Positions 36,260 to 48,866 of a DNA stretch of 64,000 nt are shown in pieces. This stretch comes from Macrostomum hystrix. Its lineage: Eukaryota; Animalia; Platyhelminthes. The stretch lies in the NCBI GenBank assembly GCA_950097015.1, contig CATNEN010000011.1:2852001-2916000 (forward strand). The letters run 5' to 3'. The translations under genes were made by a program, and so were the position numbers. The notes beneath the pieces were generated by a model. The model ran no database searches. It was not told the DNA's origin and saw only the letters and a program-made list of their open reading frames with translations. How positions within the stretch are numbered: the stretch's first letter is position 1; the number at the start of each line of letters is the position of its first letter.

Positions 36260-39249
36260 GTCCTCAAGTGGATGAAAAATTTTAGGGAATAAAAAACGAA
36301 AGAAGCAGTAGCAGGCAACAGTTATTGACAGGATTGTTTTTGGAGCAGTCCTTGTAAATTCAGTCTGTAAATCAAGCAATTCAGCTTCTGCGCAGGTCGG
36401 GTTCTCTGTAGTTCCTCTCTGGGTCCTTCGCACGCCGGGGGTGGGGCCGGGCTGCGACCGGTTCCGCGAGCTCAGGGGCGTCAAGCGGTTGGAGCGGCTG
36501 CTGATCGGACTGCTCAGGCTGCCCGGGCAGCCGTTTGACCTGCGTGGCGTGCCTGCGGCAGACGATGTCGTCGCGCTGCATGAGCAGGGAGTTGCCTTGC
36601 ACCACGGATGCTGTGGTCTGAGGCTCTGAAGCATCGGTCGGCATGCCGCTTCATCGCCTCCTTGGCCCGGCTGTCGCTGTCGGCAATGGCCGCTCTAGTT
36701 GCGTTGACGGGCTGCGAGTGTCGGAGACTCGGGATCACATCGTTGATTTGCCTGCCAAATAACAGACTGGCCACGCCCGTGGAGCAGTGCGGAGTGCGTC
36801 TGTACGCTGCCAGGTACTCGTCCAGGGCCAGTGTCCAGACGATCGCTGCGCGAATAGCCTTGTTCAGCCCTTGATTGCACCGCTCCATTGGCCTGAGGGT
36901 AGAGAGGCGTGATACGATGGTGCCGTGCGCCCTGATCCATCAGGAAGCTGCTGAACTCAGCCGATGCGAAGGGTGGCCCATTGTCTGTGTTCACCTTTGT
37001 CGGCTGCCCGAAGATGCTAAACCACCGGCGTAGCACGTTGATGACGGCGGAGGCGGTGGTGCTGGCCATGACCTCAACGAGCGGGAACCTGGAGAAGTGG
37101 TCCGTACAGACGAGCAGCGACTTGCCGTTTATCGGTCCGAGGAAGTCGAGCCCCAGATCGAGCCAAGGGCCCTCCGGCGGTTCGGTCGGCTTTAGCGGCG
37201 TGGCTTTCGGCGAGGTCTCGTTGGTGCAGGTCAGGCAGCTGGAGCAGGCTGCTACGTGCGTCTCCACGGATGCTCGCATGCCTGGCCACCAGACCTTCGC
37301 TTGCAGGCGGTCGAGCGTTTTCTGACGCCCTGGTGTCCCTGGCGGGCCAGCTGCATGCACCGGTATCTCAGAGTCGTCGGCATGTACAGCTGACTGCCGC
37401 GCAGCAGCAGGCCGTTCAGCTCGGATAGTTCGTATGATACACCGTGGAGTCCCTGCAGGCGTACGTGTCACTCTTGTCCCATTGGTGGCCGCGGATGGCG
37501 TGCAGCGCTGCTTGTACCGTGCCGTCTTGGTTGGAGGCCGCCTTGATGGTGTCCAGGCTGCCGTGGCCACGTAGATCGCGTCTACGTGGCGATCGCCGCT
37601 CAGGACGGCGGTCATCACGCGCTGGAGGATCTCGGAGGCGGATGTGAAGCCCATGCAGAGCCGGCGCAGCCGCAGGAGCCCGATGGGCGAGGAGAATGTT
37701 AGCAGGTATCTGGACTCCTCGGCGACTTCAATTTGGTGGAAGGCTTTGTCGACGTCTAACTCCGAGAAATACGTCGCGCCGGCCATCTCGTCCGTCACCT
37801 CTTCGAATGTGGGTATAGGCTGCTTCTCCGGGATGACGTACTTTTTTCACCTCGCGGAAGTCCTGGGTGATGCGAACCTCACCCTGCTCGGCCTTTGGGA
37901 CTGCGACCATCCTGGAGCACCAGGCTGTTGGACCACGCACTCGTTCGACGATTCCTAGTGCCAGTTGATCTTCCAGCTCCTTGATTACTGCATTCCTTAA
38001 GTGAACGGGCACTCGGGATGGCGGCTGGCAGACTGGAATGGCATCTGGCCTGAGCCTGATAGTGACTCTAACTCCCTCCACGCATCCGATGCCTTGAAAG
38101 CAGTCGCTGAATTCCGCCAGGATTGTCTAAAGTTGCAGCTGCTTGGGCAGGTGCTGGTCCTCACTGCTGGCCGGCTTGGCTAGGCTGGCCACCACCGCAG
38201 AGTTCGTGCCGGCTTCCGGTCCGACTCTCAGCATGCCGAGCTTTGTGCTGGACGATCTTCCGAGAATCGGTGTGCAGTTGCAGTGCAGTGCAGTTGACGA
38301 TGAAATTGGCCTGCCATTCGCGGTGGTTCGCTCTGACAGTGAGCGTTGTTTGGCCAGCTGTCTTCAGCGGCTCGCTGGCACCAGCACGTTGCAGCTCGCT
38401 CCGCTGTCGATCAGTGTGCGGACTTTGCCGTTGATGCTGATGACGAACTTTGCGCTGTCGTCCTTGCCGCTGAGCGTGCAGAACACCTCGTTGGGTGGTT
38501 GGTCGGCTGGCTGGTCCTGCTCGGGCTGCAGTGCGTTGATCTTGGAGCGGCTGCTGAGGCAGGCCTTGGCCAGATGGTTGGCCTTGCCACAGCTGCTGCA
38601 TCGCTTGCCTTGCGCCCTGCTGCAGCTCCTGTGGCCCAGCTCGCTGCACCGGATGCACTTTGCGAATTGCTGCGACTCACGCGAAGGTTCCGGCAGCGGG
38701 TGGCGCTGGCGGCGCAGTTGCGCCACTTCCTCGGAGGCTGCCGCTGTCCTGGTCATGATGGCCGCCTCCTTCTCTGCTGCCTCGTGCGTCCTGGCCAGCT
38801 GCAGAGTGTCCGGCAGGCTGATGTTGGGGATGTTCAGCAGGCGCTTCCTCAGTGACTCGCTGCGACAGCTGGCCACGATTTGGTCCCTGATGAGCGACTG
38901 GCTGAGACCCTCGAACTTGCAGGCGCTCCACTTGTCTGTCCGAGGCGCTCCACAGTCTGCTGTGCCAAGCGTCTATGGATTCGCCTTCTGATCCTGGAGA
39001 CAGAGGCGAAACTGATATCGAATGAGGACGATGTCGTCGCGGCCTTGGAAATGCGTGCTGAACTGCGCGATCAGCTGGTCGACCGTGGGCTCGGCTGCGG
39101 GCTCGCCTTCTGATGGCTGCGACTAGGTCGCGATCTCGCTGTACAGGTCGCTCACTTCTTTGCCTGCCGTATACAGAAGGATCTGGCGTTTCTGCGTCTC
39201 GTCTTTGATGCCGATTGCCGCCAGATACCGCAGAAAGTTGGTCGACCAC

Positions 39250-39412
39250 TCCAAGTAGGGCGAGACTGTATATATATTTGCCTCAACGTGCCACCGATAC
39301 GATCGACGTGCGCGTGGGGGCATGTACATGGTAAGCGAGAGTTAGTGGTAGATGTACATGTTAGATAGTCAGACAAACCAATACATGAGTGCTAGTGGAC
39401 TACGGCATGACA
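39250..39412 (-). repeat. 5' LTR, lacking its 3' ~53 bp
   Basis: Homology to the other LTR stops at cttggag and runs straight into gag-like LEWSTNFLRYL. Confidence 0.85.
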
Positions 39413-39842
39413 CGTTCATTTTCTACTCGGGGGTGAAAACTATTTTTTAATATTCTTTAAACTAATCAAAGCTTGTAATTTAATTTATTCTTTATTAGGC
39501 GCAGTAGACAACTATAAACCATTTTTTCTAGTTCAGTGCGAGAAAAAAACTTAACCTTTTTACAACGCTATTAAACCTGCTTCTGAATTGCTAAAAAAAT
39601 TTAAGTTATAAAGTGTAAGCGTTTTTTTAAATCAATGCTACTTTAAGTAGACAGTAGCAAAACGCTAGAACAAGATGTCTAGGTTATGCTTCTGGAAAAT
39701 TAAGCCGTGTAGCATTTTTTATAGCACCAAAATATTTCAAAAAACTTTTTTGCGGAATTCCGCTGCAATGCCTTTTAAACTGCCTTAGGTAGTTTATGTG
39801 GTCCCTGCAACCAGATGCTAAAGAGCAAACTGATCGAAACTC

Positions 39843-40235
39843 AGATCCTCACTCCATTCTCCTATTTTAGATCCCCACTCTAATCTCCTATTTTAGATCC
39901 CCACTCTAATCTCCTGTCTCAGATCCCCACTCTAATCTCTTGTCTCAGATCCCCACTCTAATCTCCTATTTTAGACCTCCACTCAAATCTCCTATTTAAG
40001 ATCTCCACTCAAATCTCCTATTTAAGATCCCTAATCTAATCTCCTATTTTAGATCCGCACTCTAATCTTCTATTTTAGATCCCCACTCTAATCTCCTATT
40101 TTAGATCCCCACTCTAATCTCCTATTTTAGATCCCCACTCTAAGCTCATATTTTAGATCGCCACTCTAATCTCGTGTCTCAGATCCCCACTCTAATCTCG
40201 TGTCTCAGATCCCCACTCTAATCTCCCATTTAAAA
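39843..40235. repeat. 26-bp minisatellite (agatccccactctaatctcctatttt), about 15 units
   Basis: agatcc at 39843, 39869, 39895 and onward. Confidence 0.92.
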
Positions 40236-41593
40236 TCTCTATTATTTGCCTAACGTTGAAATTATTAAACCTGCAGAAACTAGTATATGCAAAATTCAAC
40301 TTACCGAGGTGACGTTGTTTCTTCTTGATTAAGTAGCGGTCCTTACTTAATCAATAGAAATAATTTGAGCTAAATTTTTTCTTGGTGAAGTGACGCTTCT
40401 GTGCAACATTATTTGCGCTTGGCAACGTGGAGGGCCTTTCATGTACCTTAGCACTTTCAGACGGTGGTTAATATAAATATCATACATTAAGCCTCAACCT
40501 GTCAAGGGCACACACAAGGTCGGTTTCGGGCGGTCACACAACCAAAAGCCTCTTCGGTACATTGCAGGGCGAATCTATACCAGGTACGTCAAATTTTTTA
40601 GATGCTTATTAATTGTACTCAAACACGTTGCTGCACTGAGCGCCATCATTCTTTCGAGTCTAACTTAACCCTTTTTGTCTCTCAATGTCTCTCCGTCTCT
40701 CTTAGTAGCGTTCATGATACGGCATGTATTGCTACTCCGGCGAACAATTAAGGTAGGTAAATAAGTTATGAAACAATCGGTGCATGAAATGAGCAGCCAA
40801 ATCTTTTTAGGTCAAGCAAAAATTTGAATTTTCATGCTGAATTTGAATTAACAGTACAAAGACCTCGCTGTTTTCCCCCTGGGGAAAGACCACTTAGGTC
40901 TTTTTAATTCCCGCTTCGCACTTCACGATAGATCCCAAACCGAATGGCCTATGTTCGTGAATGTCCACCATATGGATCAAAATCTTTCGCCCTGTACGAT
41001 GAACTAACTTTCAAAGCCATCCGACGTCAGCACCAATGAGATATTTTGTGATTCGATGTCTAAGACTGGTGACAAGGCCAACTAACATTGTTCTGTATAA
41101 GCCTCTATGGCGAATACAAATTGGTTCAATAATTGACAATTAACAATACAAAAAAAATAATAGCCAACATGGTTACATTATGAAACTTTGTGATCTAAAA
41201 AGGCATGCCTACAGTCATGAATATTTTTGCCACCAGACTTTTGCTATACGACGACGCCGATTTTTGTGATTCTGGAAGTTTTGTCATCGGAAAGAGCGGA
41301 AAATGTGAGCGGCCGTGTTCTGCAAGTTATTCAGCCGGCATGTAATAACACCTGCACCTCTTCAATCAATAACTAAAGGCGGGCAAGTTGTATGCATTTT
41401 TTCCAGCCTTCTGTCAGGCTTAGGTAGCGTGTTTTACATTTCTTGTACCCAAACTGCCGGAGGGTGAAAACCGAGAAAAGCTTATAAAAGGACCGAATTT
41501 TTTTCGAGCCAGTGAAGCTAAACAAGGTTGTATACACTTGTGACAATAGCTACCTATCTGAACTCAAGGCGAAAACATACCTGAGAAGTTACA

Positions 41594-44500
41594 ATGGAGA
41601 ATGAGGTAAGTTTTCTAAGAATGACTTTCTCTTGAACAACAAATTGATCATCTCATTCTAAACAACCACGTATTGCTTTCAGGTGGAGAAGAGTGGCGAC
41701 AACCCCAAAAAGAACAAGAAGATGGGGCTGAGCGATCTCAAGAAGGAGATGGAAATAGACGATCACAAGATCAGCCTGGAGGAGCTGTACGCCCGGCGGT
41801 CCGTGGATCCGGCCCAGGGCCTCTCCGTGGCAGAAGCCCAGCACCGACTGGAGAAGTTCGGCCGGAATACGCTCACGCCGCCAAAGCAGACACCTGAGTG
41901 GGTGAAATTCATCCGAGCCTGCTTTGGTGGCTTCTCCCTGCTGCTGTGGATCGGTGCCATCCTCTGCCTGCTGGCCTACGGCATCCAGTACACCCAGTCA
42001 GACAACCCGCCCGGAGACAACCTTTACCTCAGCATCGTTCTGGTGCTTGTCGTGCTTGTCACCGGCATTTTCTCTTACTACCAGAATGCCAAGTCCGCCA
42101 AGATCATGGACAGCTTCAAGAAGATGGTGCCTCAGAACGCTCTGGTGATGCGCGATGGTCAGAAGGTGCACATCCCGTGCGAGGAGGTTGTGCTTGGAGA
42201 CATTGTTTTCATCCAGCTCGGAGATAGAGTCCCAGCCGATGTGCGTGTGATCGCCGCGCAGAGCTTCAAGGTGGACAACTCAGCGTTGACGGGCGAGTCG
42301 GAGGCGCAGTCGAGGACGCCGGAGTTCACGAACGACAACCCGCTGGAGACGAAGAACCTCGTCTTCTTCTCCACCAATGCTGTGGAAGGTAGGTACCTAA
42401 TTTATTTGTTGACGCAAACACTTGAGGTCTGTTGCATAGTATTCTAAAATACAATACCTAAAACTCCGCTTTTCATTCAGGAAACTGCACGGGAATCGTG
42501 GTCGCCATCGGTGATAACACTGTGATGGGTCGCATTGCAAACCTGGCTTCCGGCCTGGGCGAAGAGATGACGCCTATTGCCAGGGAGATCCGGCACTTCA
42601 TTCACATCATCACTGGCGTGGCCTTCACCCTTGGCATCACCTTCTTTGCGATCGCATTTGGTCTTGGCTACGCATGGCTGGACTCTGTCATCTTCCTGAT
42701 CGGAATCATCGTTGCCAATGTGCCTGAAGGACTGATGGCGGCTGTTCCTGTAGGTCTGACACTCACTGCCAAGCGAATGGCCGCCAAGAACTGCTTGGTG
42801 AAGAACCTGGAGGCTGTGGAGACCCTCGGATCTACCAGCACAATATGTTCTGACAAAACAGGTAAACAGATTGAACAGTGCTTCTATTTAAGGACTTTAA
42901 CTGTACGAGTACGAACAACCTTGCGATGCTGTACTCACAGAATATGATTAAGATTTAATAAAACCTCTTGGTTTGTTTTCTCCAACAGGCACGCTGACGC
43001 AGAACCGCATGACGGTGGCGCACATGTGGTACAACAACGTGACAATCGAAGAGGACACCACTGTGGAGCAGACGCACGCTCAGCACGTCGTTGATTGCCC
43101 AGGCTGGCAGGCACTGAGCCGCTGCGCCATGCTGTGCAACCGAGCCGAGTTCAAGTCGGGCGAGGACGACAAGCCCGTGCTGAAACGCAAGTGCAACGGC
43201 GACGCCTCGGAGAGCGCCATTCTCAAGTGCACCGAGCTCAGCGTCGGCAATGTGATGAACTACCGCGAGAAAAATCCGAAGGTGTGCGAGGTGCCGTTCA
43301 ACAGCAGCAACAAGTTCCAGGTGTCCATTCACCGCACAAACGACGGCGATCCTCGCTACCTGCTGGTGATGAAGGGAGCACCTGAGCGGATTCTGGACCG
43401 CAGCTCCACCATCTACATTGACGGAGAGGAGTTGGAGATGGACGACAAGTGGAAGGAGGCCTTCAACAGAGCCTACGAGGATCTTGGAGGCATGGGCGAG
43501 CGAGTGCTGGGCTTCTGCGACCTGCGACTTCCGGAGGCCGACTATCCCGACGGCTATCAGTTCGACCCGGACGAGATGAACTTCCCGGTGTCGAACCTGC
43601 GCTTCGTTGGCCTCATGTCGATGATCGACCCTCCGCGCGGCGCCGTGCCGAGCGCCGTGGCCAAGTGCCGCTCGGCTGGAATCAAGGTCAGCTATTGAGC
43701 CAACCATTTTTATGGAAATCGCATGCTTTATAGCCTCCGAATACTATGGAATGCTCGAATATATGGTTTCAGAGAAATAACTGCATGCATTTACAAAATG
43801 GCCAACTGCACATTGTACAGAGATATTTTCTTCCTTCCGATATCCAGGTGATCATGGTGACTGGTGATCATCCGATAACTGCGCAAGCCATCGCGAAGAA
43901 CGTCGGCATTATCAGCCCGCAAAGCAAGACCTTGCAAGAAATTGCCAACGAGCGCAACGTCGACGTATCTCTAGTGAATCCCAGCGAAGCTCTAGCGTGC
44001 GTCGTACACGGCTCGGACCTGCGTGACCTGACACATGAGCAGCTGGATGACGTGCTGATGAATCACTCTGAGATAGTTTTCGCCAGGACCAGCCCGCAGC
44101 AGAAGCTCATCATCGTCGAGGGCTGCCAGCGCCAAGGCCAGATCGTGGCCGTGACGGGCGACGGAGTGAACGACTCGCCAGCGCTGAAGAAGGCCAACAT
44201 CGGCATCGCCATGGGCATCTCCGGCAGTGACGTCAGCAAGCAGGCAGCCGACATGATCCTGCTTGACGACAACTTCGCGTCAATTGTGACAGGAGTCGAG
44301 GAGGGCCGCATTATCTTTGACAACTTGAAGAAGCTGATCACCTACGTGCTATCGTCTAACATTCCCGAGCTGATACCGTTTCTGGTTTACGTCGTATCGG
44401 GCATTCCGCTTCCTCTCGGCACCATCACCATCCTGTTCATCGACCTCGGCACAGATCTCATTCCCGCCATCTCGCTGGCCTACGAGGGTGCTGAGAGCGA

Positions 44501-45189
44501 CATCATGAAGCGTCGACCGAGAAATCCAAAGAAGGACCACCTGGTGAACGGTCGCCTCCTTGGTGTGGGCTACGCGCAATGCGGCATCATCTCATCTGCT
44601 GGCGGCTTCTTTGTCTATTGTGTCGTGATGGCCGAGAACGGATTCCTGCCCAAAAAACTTCTCGGAGTGCGCGCCGAGTGGGACAGCATCGCCGTGAACG
44701 ACTTGCAGGACAGCTACGGCCAGGAATGGGTGAGATTTGCTCATGTTCTCCATGGCTGCTTGTATTGCACTCAAACTAGGCTATACTCAATTATTGTTCG
44801 TTTGGGTAATAATATTTCTTTGATAATTTCAGTCGTTCGGCCAGCGCAAGAACCTGGAAAATTCTTGCCAGACTGCATTTTTCGTCGGCATTGTCATGAT
44901 GCAGTGGGGCGACCTGCTGGCTAGGAAGACGCGCCGAATCTCATTCTTCCAGCAGGGCATGTACAACAACCAGGCCACGTTCGGCATGTTCTTCGAGACC
45001 GCCCTGGCGTGCTTCGTGGTCTATTGTCCAGGCATGGATGTCGGCCTGCACACGCAGCCGCTTCGCTTCCAATGGTGGCTGCCGGCTGTGCCGTTCTCTA
45101 TCTACCTGTTCTGCTACGACGAGCTGCGGAAATACCTCATTCGCAGCCTGCCGCCCGGCAACTGGGTCGAATGGAACACTGACTTCTAA
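41594..45189 (+). CDS. ATP1A: Na+/K+-ATPase alpha subunit, copy 3 (most divergent in the membrane domain); exons 41594-41605, 41683-42388, 42481-42861, 42989-43686, 43848-44729, 44833-45189 (1011 aa)
   Basis: All P2C motifs are present, the internal exon sizes match the other copies, and the 3036-nt ORF is in phase. C-terminus EWNTDF. Confidence 0.92.
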
Positions 45190-45562
45190 ATCTTCCACTT
45201 TAACAAAATATATTCCGTACATTGCACTTGATTTTCACAGCTTCTGTTTTCTGAATTTGCATCATATTCTGCCCTTCAAAATATATAACTGGAGTTGTGT
45301 TCTTCATTCTTCATGTCTCGCACACTAAAATGTCGTACTTAATTAGCTCGTATAGTTTGTTAACAGTAGAACTACGAAGGGGGGAATTCCCCCCTCTGAT
45401 AATTTTTTGTGCTGCAACCGAATGGAGCAACGCATGCACGCGAAACTCAAGAACACGGGCTAACTTTTTGTTGCGCATCTTCAGAAATAAAAATCAAGTC
45501 GCCAGCTCTTCAGACCGTCGAGATATTCAATGGTTCTGGCCGAAGGTCAGATTTCTCCCATA

Positions 45563-45965
45563 AGCGCTAGTGTATTTCATACACCCCTATACACGAATTA
45601 GCACTGCGCCTCAATGGGGCCTATAGCCAGGCCTCCAAATTTATTAGCATGTCGCCCGAATGTGCCTGCATTATGTCCGTCTTCGGTTGTCACCTTCCTT
45701 TATCTTGACGGATTTGCTGGGCCTTCAAGGGCTACAACAGGTGGAACTAGGCCACTATGGACACCCTGACGCGAATTTCTCCAATTTCCCTGATCAAGCC
45801 AAAATACTAGGCGCAGCTTAACCACAGGACACCATCGTCTAGTCCATCAACCAATCAGTCTGCACTACCCAACGCTGTTAGCATTCAGGCGCTGCCAAAA
45901 GAATTATAGGTTGGTGAATTCCCCCTTGGTATAAAAATGGGCGGCAAGATGGCTTGGTAGACCCA
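45563..45965 (+). repeat. Unclassified ~400-bp dispersed repeat; inverted copy at 57085-57480
   Basis: For example, ttcaagggctacaacaggtggaactaggccactatggacaccctgac is the reverse complement of 57284-57330 with few mismatches. Confidence 0.7.
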
Positions 45966-46964
45966 CTGTTAATTAACTAACAATGGTTGATTTTGCAAAC
46001 GAATGTTAGCAAGTGATCAAATAATTACCAATCTGTTTAGTTTGAAAAACCCTGAAATTAAATGTATTTTCATTTATTCTGACATCTGACACTAGCTCGT
46101 AGATGACACCATTTGTTTGCTGTGCTGAGATATGCCAAAGTACGCATTCATTAGTATTGAAAATTATGTAAAACAAAGCATACAACTTGAATTTGACGTA
46201 CAAATATTGTTTAACTTAACTTTAATTGAACTTGTTTCTTAAGGCCCGAACACTGTTATGTGACTGCAGGAGAGCACCTTGTTAGTTGATCACAAAATGT
46301 CAGCTTGAGAATAGAAGTAATAATTGAGGGTGTGTTTTCGGTTTATTATTTACCGACAGAAGTGGGGCTTGATGAACAATGAGCAGCTTAGAAAACTAGA
46401 AGTGGGACGGCCTATGCGCAGGTACATTGAAAGTCAAACTGCTAGAAGCTGGCATTAAATTAAATGACACTCGCTGTTTTGTTACTCGACATTGCATGTT
46501 TGTACGAGTATCTAGAAGCTATTGTGTGAGCTGTCTGTTCTCATGTTTTAGGTCTCTTTTGAATGCCGCGTAAGTTTTTTGTTGTGTTTTTTATCCGAGT
46601 TTAACCAAATTAGCTCCATGACAGTATGACAGTCTAAACTACTCAATATTGAAAGTTACAAGTGTGAACAGAAAACACACGTGCAACCTACTCTACTCTA
46701 GATCTCTTCCCCTCACTCTCGCTCTCACTCTCCCGGTAGATAAATCGATGCAAAAGCTGTAGATTATCTTTAGTACATGTAGATGCAGAGTCTGCAGCCG
46801 CATTTCACCTTGAATTTCCTTGCTAGTCTCTTATCGGTCCCATGAGTATATAGCATTTCAAGTTCTTCATCACTACCTCCTGGTGGAGCTCTCTTCCATT
46901 TCGATGTACAACAGGATTCTGAGCAGTGTTTGTGTGGACATGTGCACGCTAAGATGTTTATTAT

Positions 46965-47100
46965 AAATAATTATATTTGCACGATCGAGGGCAGCTGGCA
47001 CCCCAGCACATTATTTGGCCATTTGTAGTCAGTGAGGAGGCATTTCCGCCAATTTCGCTGACTTCTGAACACACGCTCGCGGATACTGTACGCTCTCGCA
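46965..47100 (-). mobile_element. Old 3' fragment of SINE family 1
   Basis: cagtgaggaggcatttccgccaatttcgctgacttctgaacacacg matches the family 3' region in reverse. Confidence 0.6.
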
Positions 47101-48866
47101 CTTAAGGAAAAAAGTATAAAATATAATATTGTGACGTATTGGGGCTTGGCCCAAAGTAACAAAGGCGAGGCTGTGTAGCGGTAGCACTCAGACAATGACG
47201 GTAACAGTAGGCGATGACAAATATTATTATTGGCGACGCTAGTCGATATAGGTATACAGACAGGCTCGCTCGTTATTAGCGTGCGTAACAATAGAATAGG
47301 GTTGAATCCTTCTTGCACTGCGGCGGGCAACAGTTATGAAGTGAGGATAACAGAGGCGGAGATACCGGTGGCTAAGGCGTGGCGTGATCGTATGGCGGTG
47401 CACTTCTGAGACTATAAGAAGGCTAGGTGGCGTGGCACAATGGGTTCGGGAAACAAAGTTTGCCTGACTCAGGCAAACTCACTACGGCGGAAGTGGAACA
47501 CGGCGGAATGGAGAGCGAACGGAGAAAGGAGGAAGGAGCGCGGTGGCGGGCGAGCGGTGGCCCCGAGCCCTCAGCCCGACAGTTCGATAAGGAGCGGACT
47601 GGGGGTGGGCGCACAGCAGAGTCCTAATTATCGGCACGCAAAAAATATGCGCACATCCCTCTCATTGGCTGGCACGGGAAAACACATTGACCTTACAGCC
47701 AGGCTCATAACTATTGATTAAATTGTACACAGGTGTCCGGTCGCGTTACGCAATTTAAGATGAATTCGTACTCTAACGTTTACTTATAGTACCACGTAAT
47801 GAAAAGAGAAAAATAATGGCTTAAATTAACGCGCTATTGTTAAAACGGCCTCCCTCGGGGCGACCTACACCTGACAACGTCACAATATTGTAGTTTAAAA
47901 GCCATGACTTCTAATTGCTATGGCGATTTATCGAACTTTGGGCATTTGTGGTTTAAAGTTTAAATGAGCTTCATAATTACCATTCAGTTCTTTGTATTTA
48001 GCTAGAGATGTACGATGAAAAACAGTTTTTATTATATAAACAATTCGCAACCAGAAAATTTTTATAAGAATTTCAAAGTAAGAAAAATAAGCAAGCAGTG
48101 ATCTGACGTAGACCAGCTCTAACGGATTTAAAGAGACATCGTTTTTCAACAAATGTACACGCAATAAAAGTATTTACGCAGCGTTTTAAATTCACCGGCA
48201 TGCTTAAGAATTTTTCGATCCAAGTACCGTTTGTCTCTGAGATCACTTATCGATGCATCGAGAGCACGTGTAATTAAAGCTGTATCCAAACAAACTGAGA
48301 CGCAATAATTTTTTTATTGAATATGTTTACTAATGAATTAAAATTAACATGTTTGGTTATATTTAAACATTTGAAGATAAACTTAACACTCAAGCAGCAT
48401 ATCTCTAGCAAACATTTTTTATCCGCTTTTATTGTAGGTTTTGCAAGATTTTTTTATTTACAACATTAAGCTATATGGCTACTGTTATTTATATTTAAAA
48501 TTAGTTATTTAGTGACCTGTAACAATAAAATGTAGCTTTATTCCATAAGAATACTTAATACTACTGTATTAGTTGCACCTCAAATTAATTAAGCAACTGA
48601 AGAGGTTCGTTCTAAAATATGTCTAGAATCAATAACATATTTAAATAAATATTTTGCTTTCAAAATCAGTAAAAATTATAGACCTTGAACTATTATTGTT
48701 AAACTTCTATAGTCAAGCCATCAAAGGTCACATTAGCAAGCAATAATTTTTTGCTTGATTCATTCATGCACAATTAATTATTATGTTCTAGGCCTAGGGC
48801 GTTGTGTGTTAGAAACCTATTCTGTTCAGCTAGTGAAATTAGCTGTGAATATTCTAAACTTTTCAG

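Larger units (their letters stand above)
36042..39412 (-). mobile_element. Defective Ty3/gypsy LTR retrotransposon (gag - protease - partial RT - integrase)
   Basis: TG...CA termini with a 5-bp TSD CGTTC at 36037-36041 and 39413-39417. Gag has a CCHC knuckle (CSSCGKANHLAKAC) and the protease has LIDSGAS. RT motifs are PK..GEVRITQDFR and FSELDVDKAFHQ. Integrase has VWWPGM, LGLDFLGP, TDNGPPF and YPQANG. Integrase follows RT, which is the gypsy order. YxDD and RNase H are missing and there are several frameshifts. Confidence 0.92.
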
